Positions 20,529 through 32,598 are shown, numbered from the stretch's first letter. The stretch is 64,000 nt of DNA from Candidatus Levyibacteriota bacterium (GCA_038205015.1 JBBRCK010000002.1:33913-97912); one strand, 5' to 3'. The notes: generated from the letters alone by a model not told the origin. A program made the numbers and translations.

Positions 20529-22863
20529 GTTTTAAGTTAATAAATATAAGAAATAAAACTATCGCTAATGTTAACCCAGTAATAAATATTCCAAGATTAT
20601 AGTTTGATGGCTCAAATTCAAATATTATTTTATGCTCTCCTTTTGTTAAATAGATTGATCTAAAAATATAATCACCTTTTAATACTTTAATTAAAGTACC
20701 ATTATCATATGCTTTCCAACCCGGATACCAAATTTCACTTAAAACCAAGTATCCCGCTTTAGTAATAGAAGTATTTATAATTATTTTATTTGCGGAATAT
20801 TTATTTATATCTAAATACTGCTGTATGTCTGATTTATTGATAGTTAAAAACTTTAATTTATTTATATCTGTTAAATTCGGTACAGCCAGATTGTCCTTAG
20901 AAATTGAAAACTTACCGCTTTTAATTAAATCTTCCGAAATAATATATGCTCTGGGAAAATATGATAGATTTTCATATAAATAAAAATTAACAGTTTTATT
21001 GCCTATATTATCTTTATAAGAATGTAAAAGCTTGAAGTTTGTATTATCAATTGTTTTTTCCCAAATTAAATATTTTGTATTTAGTAGGTCTAATATTTTA
21101 GGATTAATAATTGATTGAATTTGTATAAATGATTCAAAAGGAGCATCTGAGTGTTTGCCAATAAGCCAAAGAAAATTCCGGTAATTGTTAAGATACACTC
21201 CTTCATATCCTGTGAGAATTTGTAATCCATTTATCATTGCGATAGTGCTGTAGGTACCAGACATTGCGAAAACTCTATAAGTAGAATTATCCTTTTTTAT
21301 ATCTTTGATTACTTGGGGAGTTTTGAATAATTCATTTGGACTTCCTGTTTCAATTACCTTATAGCTAAATAGCCAAAGCTGAATAAAAATTAATGATAGA
21401 ATAAATAGTTTGAATATATTTGGTTTTATTCGTCTTGTTAAATATAAATATATACTTATAAATATTATTGATGAAAAGGTTAAAAGTGAAAAAATATCAA
21501 AAAGTGTTTGCCTAAAGATTGTTAAATGATTTATATCTACGGCATAAGAGTTTTTAAGAATGTATTTTTCGTATAATTGTAAAAGATTTTGTGAATAAAT
21601 AAATATAACTGGTATTAACGTTATTAAAGAAATAGTAAATAAATATTTGGAAATTAATATTAATTTGTTAATAAATTTAGTGGTTGACTTTAAATTTAAA
21701 AAATAATTTATTCCAAATCCAGAAAGAATGGCAATGCTAAAGGAATAGATATATAAAAATCTTGATGGGGCTCTAAATAAGGCAATCCCCGGAATATAAT
21801 GAAATAAAATTGAATATATTGGTGTAAATTTTCCAAAAGCGAATAATAGTGAAATGAGTGTAGATAACAAGAAGATAAATACATATCTATTTCGTTTAAA
21901 CACAATTGCTATTAAAGCAAAAATTAAGGGTACTAGTCCGAGATACCCATTCATTTCCCAAAGATTTCCTATTCCCCAGAAAGTTTGATTAAATGGAGAG
22001 CCAAAAAAATAAGGAAGTATAAAAGAAATCATTTGATAAGGTTTTAAAGAAAACGCAGAAGCAAATTCAAAAGAAATTCCACCGGCTCTTTCAGAAAGAT
22101 TTGTTAGTTCTAGAGAGGGAACTAGCTGTATTGCAGATAGAGCAACTCCAATCAGGAAAGATAATAAAAATAAGAAAATAAGTTTTAAAATATATAATAC
22201 ATTTTTGTTTTCTTTATAATCAAAAAAAAGTCTGATAAAAAAATATGTACACGAAAATAACAAATTATAAAAAGTAAATTGAGAATGGCCAACTAGTATT
22301 GTTAAGGCAATCGTTATTCCTGCTAAAAGCCCAAAAATATATTTCTTTGTTTTTAATAAAGATTCATAAAAATATAACAAAAGTGGTAACCAAACTATGG
22401 CATCCAAAATATATAAATGTCCTGGATAAATTCTGAAAACAACTGGTCCACTAAACATAAATATTACTGCAGAAATAAACGCGCTAAAACTACCCAAATT
22501 TAATTTTTTGGCAAATAAATATGTAAAAAGACCAATTAAAAAAATATCAATAATAAATAAATACCCAAAAACATATCCTACGGGAATGATTAGGAATAGT
22601 AGATATAGAGGATAAAAAACTCCGGAGGAAGGATTTGCTAAAAACGGTGTTCCAGAGAACATCGCAGGTTCCCAAAAGGGAATTTGGTGGTATTGATTAA
22701 AAAAGATTGAAAAAAAATATTTGGGATAATAGGCAGAGCCTAAAATATCTGAAGCTGAAATAATTTGTGAAGGATTAGTAATTAGTTTGTTGAAAAAAAG
22801 TAAAGTTAACAGAAACAGCGATAGTGGATACCTATATTTAAAAAAAGTCTTAAGTAAATTCAT
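20482..22863 (-). CDS. YfhO-family membrane protein (GT-C)
   Basis: PFWEP.MFSGTPFLANP..GVFYP, GHSQ, FRAPSR, LSEIWYPGWKA, GEHKI.FEF. Confidence 0.8.
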   Translation of the reverse strand: MNLLKTFFKYRYPLSLFLLTLLFFNKLITNPSQIISASDILGSAYYPKYFFSIFFNQYHQIPFWEPAMFSGTPFLANPSSGVFYPLYLLFLIIPVGYVFGYLFIIDIFLIGLFTYLFAKKLNLGSFSAFISAVIFMFSGPVVFRIYPGHLYILDAIVWLPLLLYFYESLLKTKKYIFGLLAGITIALTILVGHSQFTFYNLLFSCTYFFIRLFFDYKENKNVLYILKLIFLFLLSFLIGVALSAIQLVPSLELTNLSERAGGISFEFASAFSLKPYQMISFILPYFFGSPFNQTFWGIGNLWEMNGYLGLVPLIFALIAIVFKRNRYVFIFLLSTLISLLFAFGKFTPIYSILFHYIPGIALFRAPSRFLYIYSFSIAILSGFGINYFLNLKSTTKFINKLILISKYLFTISLITLIPVIFIYSQNLLQLYEKYILKNSYAVDINHLTIFRQTLFDIFSLLTFSSIIFISIYLYLTRRIKPNIFKLFILSLIFIQLWLFSYKVIETGSPNELFKTPQVIKDIKKDNSTYRVFAMSGTYSTIAMINGLQILTGYEGVYLNNYRNFLWLIGKHSDAPFESFIQIQSIINPKILDLLNTKYLIWEKTIDNTNFKLLHSYKDNIGNKTVNFYLYENLSYFPRAYIISEDLIKSGKFSISKDNLAVPNLTDINKLKFLTINKSDIQQYLDINKYSANKIIINTSITKAGYLVLSEIWYPGWKAYDNGTLIKVLKGDYIFRSIYLTKGEHKIIFEFEPSNYNLGIFITGLTLAIVLFLIFINLKPKFFGIYKLKPRRQR

Positions 22864-22924
22864 GAACGTAGTATAGCAAATATGATTATTAGAGAAAAAT
22901 ACAATTTTAAGTTATAATTTGGTT

Positions 22925-23689
22925 ATGCTTTCCGTTGTAATACTCACAAAAAATGAAGAAAAAAATATAATTGATTGTTTGGAGAGTGTTTCTTGGGCCG
23001 ATGAAATATTGTTAATAGATGATTATTCAACAGACAGAACAATTGAGGTTACCAAGAATTTTGATTTAAATAAAAAGGTCACCATAATTAAAAAAAGGCT
23101 TGATAATGATTTTTCTTCTCAAAGAAACTTTGGTATCTTAAAAGCAAAGTATGATTGGATATTATTTGTAGATGCTGACGAAAGAGTAACAAAAGAGCTT
23201 AGGGAAGAAATACATTTGGTTTTAATTAGCGAAAAAACAAATCCTGCTTTTTATGGATTTTATTTATCAAGAAAGGACGTTATGTGGGGTAAAATGATTA
23301 AACATGGAGAAATGGGTAGTATAAGACTTTTAAGATTAATAAAAAAGGGAAGTGGTAAATGGAAAGGAAAAGTACATGAGCAGTTTATCGCAGAAAAAAG
23401 AGTTGAAGAATTAGAAAACGGACTATTGCATTTTCCACATCAATCAATCAGTGATTTTTTAACCGAAATTAATTTTTATACGAGTATAAGATCTAAAGAA
23501 TTGTTTAACTTAGGAGTACAGACTAATATTTTACAAATCATATTTTATCCAATGGCTAAATTTATTATGAATTATTTAGTAAAACAGGGAATTAGAGACG
23601 GTACTGAAGGTTTAATCTTGGCAATTATAATGAGTTTTCACTCCTTTTTAGTAAGAGGAAAGCTATGGATATTATGGCAAAAAAAATAA
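22925..23689 (+). CDS. GT2 glycosyltransferase (WaaE/KdtX/LgtF-like)
   Basis: VILTKNEE, DDYSTD, FSSQRN, VDADE, VHE; ATG at 22925 preferred over TTG at 22919. Confidence 0.8.
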   Translation: MLSVVILTKNEEKNIIDCLESVSWADEILLIDDYSTDRTIEVTKNFDLNKKVTIIKKRLDNDFSSQRNFGILKAKYDWILFVDADERVTKELREEIHLVLISEKTNPAFYGFYLSRKDVMWGKMIKHGEMGSIRLLRLIKKGSGKWKGKVHEQFIAEKRVEELENGLLHFPHQSISDFLTEINFYTSIRSKELFNLGVQTNILQIIFYPMAKFIMNYLVKQGIRDGTEGLILAIIMSFHSFLVRGKLWILWQKK

Positions 23690-23787
23690 TATATTTTATT
23701 TTTCTGCTCTGGTCGTTTTTTGTTCTCTACAACTATTTTTCTTATATTTTATGTAAAGGAGGATTGTGTTTGCATTTGCTTTTTTAA
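23674..23787 (+). CDS. Small single-TM protein (37 aa), below the size range of the ORF track
   Basis: Hand translation MAKKIIYFIFLLWSFFVLYNYFSYILCKGGLCLHLLF*; fills the only gap and overlaps both neighbours. Confidence 0.5.
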   Translation: MAKKIIYFIFLLWSFFVLYNYFSYILCKGGLCLHLLF

Positions 23788-25343
23788 CTGGTATATATTC
23801 ATACATTATTTTTTTTCTAGGAATATTTGGACAGCTATATAGAAATTATGTGCTAGTTTCTTCTGTAATTTATGTATTATTAGTATTGATATTATTTAAA
23901 AATTATCCAAAGGTATTAGCAATTAAACTCTATAAAAAAACATCCATTGTTAAGGAAGCTTTAAAAAATAGATTGTCATTAGTTTTAATAATTCTATTAA
24001 CAGTTCAAATTTTGATCAATTTTATAGGAGTCTTGGGACCTGAAGTATCCTTTGATGCGCTTTGGTATCATCTTACTTTACCAAAGCTGTATATTCTAAA
24101 TCATTCAATTTTTCATATTTCCGGTGGTCTTTTATATTATTCAGATATGCCAAAGTTAGTAGAAATGCTTTATGTACCATTTCTAATGTTTGGAAATGAA
24201 ATTGGCGCAAAATTTCTGCACTTTGTTTTCGGAATACTAGTTTTGTTTATATTATATATAATTTCTATTAGGTTTTTGTCTAAAAATTTATCATTATTAG
24301 TTTTGATTCTGTTTTATTCAAATTTAGTTGTAGGTTGGGAATCTATTACAGCTTATGTAGACTTAGCAAGAACATTTTTTGAACTACTTTCATTTTATGG
24401 ATTTATTATCTGGTTTAAAAATAGGAATAGTAAGTATTTATTTTATTCTGCGATTATTTTAGGTTTTGCAATAACAGTAAAATTAGTAGTTATATTTGAT
24501 TTACTAATTTTCTTATGTCTATTTGTATATTTAAAGAAAGACATTTTTAAAAACATAATTCAGTTTAGTGGCATTTCTTTGTTAATTCCTTTACCTTGGT
24601 TTATATTCTCATATTTAAATACCGGCAACTTATTTTATCCATATTTTAGTTTACCTGTTGATTCCGGACATTTTCTTAACATGCCAACGTTGTCCTCGCT
24701 TATAAATTTCTCAGATCCAATTTCGCCAATTTATTTAATTTTACTTCCTATTATTTTATTAAGTTATAAACAATTTGATAAGAATACAAAGTTGATTTTT
24801 ATTATGTTTATTACTGGAATTTTAATATGGTTTTTGACTCAAACCGGGAGAGGAACAAGATTTTTGCTTCCCTATCTTCCATTAGCATCAATTTTGTGTA
24901 TTCTCATTATTCAATCATTTAAAAGTATAATTATAAAAAAATATTTGTATGTATTAATTATTATTATTTCATTAACTTCAATTGGGTACAGATTAATTGC
25001 GAATATTAAGTTTTTACCCGTTGTAATCGGAAAAGAATCGAGAGAGTATTTTCTTACTAATCATTTAAATTTTTCTTTTGGAGATTTTTATGATGTAGAT
25101 GGATATTTTAAAAATAACATTCAAAAATCCGATAAAGTACTTTTATATGGATTTCATAATTTATATTATGTAAATTTTCCATACATTGATTCAAGCTGGG
25201 TTAAAAAAGGAGATAAGTTTAATTATATTGCAGTTCAAAATGCAAATATTCCGGATAGATTTTTAGATTGGAAAAAAGTTTATTACAATAATCAAACAAG
25301 AGTTGGACTATACTCAAAGGAAGCAATAATATGGGAATACTAG
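23766..25343 (+). CDS. GT-C fold membrane glycosyltransferase
   Basis: FDALWYHL, AYVDL, GNLFYP, RFLLP motifs; GTG start with AAAGGAGG upstream. Confidence 0.65.
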   Translation: MFAFAFLTGIYSYIIFFLGIFGQLYRNYVLVSSVIYVLLVLILFKNYPKVLAIKLYKKTSIVKEALKNRLSLVLIILLTVQILINFIGVLGPEVSFDALWYHLTLPKLYILNHSIFHISGGLLYYSDMPKLVEMLYVPFLMFGNEIGAKFLHFVFGILVLFILYIISIRFLSKNLSLLVLILFYSNLVVGWESITAYVDLARTFFELLSFYGFIIWFKNRNSKYLFYSAIILGFAITVKLVVIFDLLIFLCLFVYLKKDIFKNIIQFSGISLLIPLPWFIFSYLNTGNLFYPYFSLPVDSGHFLNMPTLSSLINFSDPISPIYLILLPIILLSYKQFDKNTKLIFIMFITGILIWFLTQTGRGTRFLLPYLPLASILCILIIQSFKSIIIKKYLYVLIIIISLTSIGYRLIANIKFLPVVIGKESREYFLTNHLNFSFGDFYDVDGYFKNNIQKSDKVLLYGFHNLYYVNFPYIDSSWVKKGDKFNYIAVQNANIPDRFLDWKKVYYNNQTRVGLYSKEAIIWEY

Positions 25344-26524
25344 AAAAATTATTTATTTTATTTATATTTACCTTTCCCACCGGCGTAATTGCCAGGCTTC
25401 AATTTTCAAATGGACTTGCAATCTCTATAAATGATTTAATATTAATGATTTTAATTCTCTTTTGGGTATTTTATAGAATAAAACTCAAATCTTTTGAAGG
25501 CAAATATTATTTATCAAAACCGATTGGAATATTTATTTTTCTGGGATTATTTTCTTTAATATTAAATTTTCCAAATCTTGGATTTGATAAATTCTTAATA
25601 TCATTTACTTACCTTGCAAGGTTTATTGGATACGCATTGTTATATTTTATAGTAAAAGATTTTACAAACTCTTTTAAAATTAAGATTAACAAATATTTAT
25701 TAATTTCTGGATTAATAGTACTGATATTAGGTTATATTCAATATTTTTTTTACCCGAGTCTTAAGAGCTTATCATTTTTAGGTTGGGATATTCATCTATA
25801 TAGAATGGTTTCGGTATTTCTTGATCCAAATTTTGCTGGAACATTTTTTAATATTTATTTAATTTTTTCCTTAGAGTTTTTCCGAAAAAGATATAAAAAA
25901 TTATCAAAGGTTAAAATATCGCTTTTTTTATTAATCCCAATATTTACACTTTTTTCAATATATTTGACATATTCAAGAAGCGCACTAATTATGTTATTTA
26001 TTTGTACGGCTACGTATTTAATCCTACTTAATAAAAAGAAATTAATAATAATTTCTACAATTGTTCTTTTTCTGTTAATTTTTATTTCACCTAGGGCTTT
26101 TCAAACAGAAGGTACTAATTTATTAAGAATAGTTTCAACTACTGAAAGAATACAATCTGTCCAAATAGTAACTAAAGTAATTTCAGCAAATCCGTTATTC
26201 GGAGTAGGTTTTAATGCTTATAGGTATGCTCAGAATAAGTTAGGATTAGACAACGTTTATTGGCAAGTTACTCATGCCGGAGCAGGAACTGACGCAAGTC
26301 TCTTGTTCGTAATTGCAACAACCGGTTTTATAGGTTTACTAGCTTTTCTTTATTTAATCTATAAATTATTATATCTCGCAAAGTTAAATCTAAATAAAAA
26401 CGGAATTATACTGTTTTCAGTATTGGTTGGCTTGTTGGCTAACAGTTTATTTATAAACAGTTTTTTCTTTGTTTTTATATTAGAGTGGATTTGGATACTC
26501 TCCGGCGTTACTGAGAATAGTTAA
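25331..26524 (+). CDS. O-antigen ligase (WaaL/Wzy_C) family protein
   Basis: R..S.FLDPN, LTYSRSA, R...NPLFGVGFN, TGFIG motifs. Confidence 0.75.
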   Translation: MGILEKLFILFIFTFPTGVIARLQFSNGLAISINDLILMILILFWVFYRIKLKSFEGKYYLSKPIGIFIFLGLFSLILNFPNLGFDKFLISFTYLARFIGYALLYFIVKDFTNSFKIKINKYLLISGLIVLILGYIQYFFYPSLKSLSFLGWDIHLYRMVSVFLDPNFAGTFFNIYLIFSLEFFRKRYKKLSKVKISLFLLIPIFTLFSIYLTYSRSALIMLFICTATYLILLNKKKLIIISTIVLFLLIFISPRAFQTEGTNLLRIVSTTERIQSVQIVTKVISANPLFGVGFNAYRYAQNKLGLDNVYWQVTHAGAGTDASLLFVIATTGFIGLLAFLYLIYKLLYLAKLNLNKNGIILFSVLVGLLANSLFINSFFFVFILEWIWILSGVTENS

Positions 26525-27218
26525 CTTTTAGGTCTTTTTCCGTTTTATTACCAGCTTGATCGGTTGCTATGATTTTAATTTGATTATCTCCGCCTTGGAG
26601 AGATAAGTTATAAGAAAAGTTGTTGCTGTAATCAATTATTGCAGAGAATCCATTAACAGTAACGCTTACTCCGAAATCCACTTTTCCAGTTACATTAGCT
26701 GTATTTTGATCTTTTTTAAAGCTTTGTCCATCAGAAGGAGAGTTTACATCTAGTGACGGTGGAGAATTTTTAAATATGACGTCAACATTATTTGAAAAAC
26801 TACTCTTTTTATCGTTAATTTGCGCATTTACTTTAATTTGATTATTTCCGCTTGAGAGATTCTCGTTAAATACAAATGCTCCATCACTATTTGCTTTGAC
26901 ATCGTCGACCTCCTTATTATTGATATATAAATAAACTTTGGCGTCCTTTTTAGATTTGCCTGCTATAACTATTTGAGCACTGTTTGTAGCCGTTGGAAGT
27001 TGATTTAATACGGGTGTATCTAAGAAGATGATTTTATCTCCGCTTACCGAGTTTGTGCTTTGTGTTTTTTGTCCTGTTAGAAACAGACTAAAGTTGACTA
27101 AAAAATCCAAGCCAAATTTAAATAAGATAAAAAGTATCATTACGATTCCAATTATGCTTAAAGCAATTGTTTTTCTTGTTTTCTTTTCTGTATTTTTATT
27201 AAGTCTGGAACGTCTCAT
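26508..27218 (-). CDS. Membrane-anchored protein with two bacterial Ig-like domains
   Basis: Basic N-terminus, one TM, beta-rich repeats ending G.N.IK and ATDQAGN. Confidence 0.7.
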   Translation of the reverse strand: MRRSRLNKNTEKKTRKTIALSIIGIVMILFILFKFGLDFLVNFSLFLTGQKTQSTNSVSGDKIIFLDTPVLNQLPTATNSAQIVIAGKSKKDAKVYLYINNKEVDDVKANSDGAFVFNENLSSGNNQIKVNAQINDKKSSFSNNVDVIFKNSPPSLDVNSPSDGQSFKKDQNTANVTGKVDFGVSVTVNGFSAIIDYSNNFSYNLSLQGGDNQIKIIATDQAGNKTEKDLKVNYSQ

Positions 27219-27222
27219 AATG

Positions 27223-27295
27223 AGCCGAAGGTGAGATTTGAACTCACGACTTACTCTTTACGAAAGAGTTACTCTACCAGCTGAGTTACTTCGGC
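27223..27295 (-). tRNA. tRNA-Thr(CGT), no encoded CCA
   Basis: GCCGAAG/CTTCGGC acceptor stem; ACTCT-TTCGTAA-AGAGT anticodon arm; GTTCAAATC T-loop. Confidence 0.93.
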
Positions 27296-27303
27296 ATTAG
27301 TAT

Positions 27304-27332
27304 ATTCTATGAAATTTTATCTATCAAGGCAA
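27304..27332 (-). promoter_or_regulatory. Sigma70 promoter of tRNA-Thr
   Basis: TTGCCT-17 nt-TAGAAT, 8 nt before the tRNA 5' end. Confidence 0.65.
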
Positions 27333-27333
27333 A

Positions 27334-27749
27334 TTAAGAGGTTCTGGAGTGTTTACTTCTTCTGGCGACTTTTAACTCGAGTATAGCTTTTCTAAGTTCT
27401 GCCTCTGCCACCACAAAGTCTTTTTGATTCTCTCTGTTTTTCATAGCTTGCTTTGCTTTCTCTTGAGCTGCTTGAGCTTTTGCTACTTCGATGTCATCGG
27501 CTTTAACTGCATAATCTGCCAGTATATTTACATGATTATTTGCAATTTCTAAGAAACCGCCTGTAATCGCAAAATGCTCAATTTTATTATTGTTTCTAAT
27601 AATCATTTCCCCGGGAACAATTTTTGTTAAAAGATTAACATGGTTTGGAAGAATAGATATCTCTCCGGTTGTTGTAGGAATTGTTAGTTCGTCAACCTCT
27701 TCTTTTAGAATTACTTTTGTTGGGGTAATAATTTCCAGAATAAGCTTCA

Positions 27750-27750
<1 letters not shown>
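27334..27750 (-). CDS. atpC: F1 ATP synthase epsilon subunit
   Basis: IITP, GEISILPNH, GGFLEI, helical C-terminus; operon position. Confidence 0.93.
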
Positions 27751-30003
<2,253 letters not shown>

Positions 30004-30005
30004 AT

Positions 30006-31529
30006 TTAATTGAACATTTTCTTAAATTCTAATGCTCCTTTTTCTATTTTTTTCAAAAGTTCCTCGTTTGGTTTTTGACCTGTCGCTAATTCTTCTAAAA
30101 TTTTAGGATATTTTCTTTTCATAAAATTATGAAAGTCAGCTTCAAATTGTAATACTTTCTCAACGGCAATATCATCAATTATTCCGTTTGTAGCAACCCA
30201 AATGCTTAAATACTCCAAACTTTCTGAAAGTGGGCTGTATTGAAGCTGTTTTAGAATTTCGATTGTTCTTTTTCCTCTTTCAAGCTGTTTAGACGTTGCT
30301 TCATCTAGTTCTGATCCGAATTGCGCAAAAGCAGCTAAATTATTGTATTGTGCAAGTTCCAGTCTCATTTTTCCGGCAATAGATTTAATTGCTGGTGTTT
30401 GCGCTGCTCCTCCAACTCTGGAAACAGAGCTTGCCGCATCTATTGCTGGTCTATTTCCTGAATAAAATAGGTCAGTTGAGAAGAAAATTTGTCCGTCGGT
30501 AATGGAGATAACATTGGTTGGAATGTAAGCTGACAAGTCGTTTGCTTGAGTTTCAATTACGGGTAAAGCGGTAATTGATCCACCGCCATTTGCCTTATTC
30601 ATTTTTACTGCTCTTTCTAAAAGTCTTGAATGTAAATAAAAGATATCTCCAGGATAAGCTTCTCGTCCTGCCGGTCTTTTTAAAATTAACGATATTTGTC
30701 TATATGCCCAAGCGTGTTTAGTTAAATCATCGTAAACTACTAAAACATCTTTACCTTTTTCCATAAAGTATTCGGCGATAGCAACACCTGCATAAGGAGC
30801 TAAATACTGAAGGGAAGCAGGTTCGGAAGCCGAGGCAACAACTACGATTGTATAATCCAAGCTTTCTGCCTCTCTAAGTTTTTCAACTACCTGTGCAACG
30901 GTTGATTGTTTTTGTCCGATCGCAACGTAAATACAGATTACCGGATCTTCTTTTCTTAATTTTGCGGCCTGTTTTTGATTGATTATTGTGTCAATGGCTA
31001 TTGCAGTTTTACCGGTACCTCTATCTCCGATTATTAACTCTCTTTGCCCTCTTCCGATAGGAATCATTGAGTCAATCGCTTTAATACCTGTTTTAAGTGG
31101 AGTATTTACCGGTTCTCTTTCAACAACACCAGCTGCAATTCTCTCCAGAGGCATTGCTTTGCCTTTTTTAGGTTTTGATTTTGCATCTAACGGAACTCCA
31201 AGAGGATTAATGACTCTTCCTAAGAGATCCTCAGATGCCTCAATGCTTAAAAGAATTCCGGTAGTTTTAACGCTGTCTCCCTCCTTAAGGTTTTCAGCTT
31301 TATCAAGAAGTATTATTGAAACACTGTCTTCATCTAAATTTAATATTACTCCTCTTGAGCTGTTTTCAAATTCAACAATCTCTCCCATCATTGCTTTTGA
31401 AAGTCCTGATGCGACGATAACGCCGTCGTTATTCTTTTCAACAACACCAACATTGCTCTGAGACCCAGCAGCGTTAAATGATGATAATTTTTTTTCTAAA
31501 TCTTCGATTATTTTTTTACTTTTATCCAT
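30006..31529 (-). CDS. atpA: F1 ATP synthase alpha subunit
   Basis: GDRGTGKT, GREAYPGD, PTNVISITDGQ. Confidence 0.98.
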   Translation of the reverse strand: MDKSKKIIEDLEKKLSSFNAAGSQSNVGVVEKNNDGVIVASGLSKAMMGEIVEFENSSRGVILNLDEDSVSIILLDKAENLKEGDSVKTTGILLSIEASEDLLGRVINPLGVPLDAKSKPKKGKAMPLERIAAGVVEREPVNTPLKTGIKAIDSMIPIGRGQRELIIGDRGTGKTAIAIDTIINQKQAAKLRKEDPVICIYVAIGQKQSTVAQVVEKLREAESLDYTIVVVASASEPASLQYLAPYAGVAIAEYFMEKGKDVLVVYDDLTKHAWAYRQISLILKRPAGREAYPGDIFYLHSRLLERAVKMNKANGGGSITALPVIETQANDLSAYIPTNVISITDGQIFFSTDLFYSGNRPAIDAASSVSRVGGAAQTPAIKSIAGKMRLELAQYNNLAAFAQFGSELDEATSKQLERGKRTIEILKQLQYSPLSESLEYLSIWVATNGIIDDIAVEKVLQFEADFHNFMKRKYPKILEELATGQKPNEELLKKIEKGALEFKKMFN

Positions 31530-31531
31530 AA

Positions 31532-31882
31532 TTACTTATTAATATAGTTAACCATTTGTTTAATATTATTTTTTAAATTAAAGTCATAAATTGTATCATT
31601 ATCGATTAATTGAAGCCCTGCAATTAATGATCTATCCTCTTTTAATATAATTTTCTTATTGGCAAATAACTTTTTCACCTCGTTTAATAAAGTACTGTTC
31701 TTTAAAAGATTAGGAACAACTATTGTAACAGTATTTTTATTTTCGATGTTTTTTAAAGATTTTATATACATTTTAAGATCTTTTTGTGATAACTGTTTTA
31801 CAATTTTATCGACTTTTTTTCCGTCCAATAAATTATTTGTATAACTTAAATTTGCCATTTTTTTTATAATTTTAAAATTCAT
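31532..31882 (-). CDS. atpH: ATP synthase delta subunit (short)
   Basis: Between atpF and atpA; DRSLIAGL...D.IYD C-terminal OSCP-like motif. Confidence 0.8.
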   Translation of the reverse strand: MNFKIIKKMANLSYTNNLLDGKKVDKIVKQLSQKDLKMYIKSLKNIENKNTVTIVVPNLLKNSTLLNEVKKLFANKKIILKEDRSLIAGLQLIDNDTIYDFNLKNNIKQMVNYINK

Positions 31883-31884
31883 AA

Positions 31885-32388
31885 TTAATTAATTTTTTTA
31901 ATATCTTTTATAGCCTTTTCCACGATTTGTTTTTGTTCCTTTTCTCCAAACATTCCTTCAAGTGTTTTTGAAATCATGTTTCCCGCTAGAATGCTGACAT
32001 TTTCGGTCAATTTTCTTTCTAAATTTTTTGCTTCCTGCTCAATTTGCGTTTTTGCTTCCATAATCATTTTTTCTGTTTGCTTCTTTGTATTTTGTTCAAT
32101 TTCTTTTGAAATTTCTAAAGCTTGTGTCTTTGTATCCTCGATAATCTTTTTAGCTTCATCTTGAGCATTAGATAAAATCTTTTTTTCTTTCTCGATTGTT
32201 TTTTCTAAGGTTAATCTTGATTCTTCCGCTTGTTTTAAACCTTCTTTGATTACATCTTCCCGTTTCTTCACCATATCCATAACGGGCTTATATAAAAAGC
32301 GTTTTAATAGAAAAAATATAATTAAAAAATTTATGATTTGAGCCCCCAGCATTACGGGATCAAATCCAAGGGTTTTTAAAAAATCCAT
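31885..32388 (-). CDS. atpF: Fo subunit b
   Basis: QIINF TM, YKP, long coiled coil. Confidence 0.93.
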   Translation of the reverse strand: MDFLKTLGFDPVMLGAQIINFLIIFFLLKRFLYKPVMDMVKKREDVIKEGLKQAEESRLTLEKTIEKEKKILSNAQDEAKKIIEDTKTQALEISKEIEQNTKKQTEKMIMEAKTQIEQEAKNLERKLTENVSILAGNMISKTLEGMFGEKEQKQIVEKAIKDIKKIN

Positions 32389-32391
32389 ATC

Positions 32392-32598
32392 TTATTTTAT
32401 GAAAGCTAAAATTAATGAATAAATTGCGATAGCTTCTGCGAATGCCATACCTAAAAGCATTGCTGGTAAAATTTTTCCTGATGCTTCTGGATTTCTTCCG
32501 ATCGCTTCCATTGCTTTTGCTCCGATTAATCCAATTGCCAAGGCTGCCATCTGACCTCCGATAGCAATAATTAATCCTCCGGATATACTAAATGTCAC
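32392..32598 (-). CDS. atpE: Fo subunit c
   Basis: GRNPEA loop, FAEAIAIY with carrier Glu; GTG start with AAGGAGGTGA 7 nt upstream. Confidence 0.95.
   Translation of the reverse strand: MTFSISGGLIIAIGGQMAALAIGLIGAKAMEAIGRNPEASGKILPAMLLGMAFAEAIAIYSLILAFIK

Noticed and set aside
26508-27218. Ig-domain gene as a diversity-generating retroelement target
   Set aside because: No reverse transcriptase and no template/variable repeat pair seen in the window.
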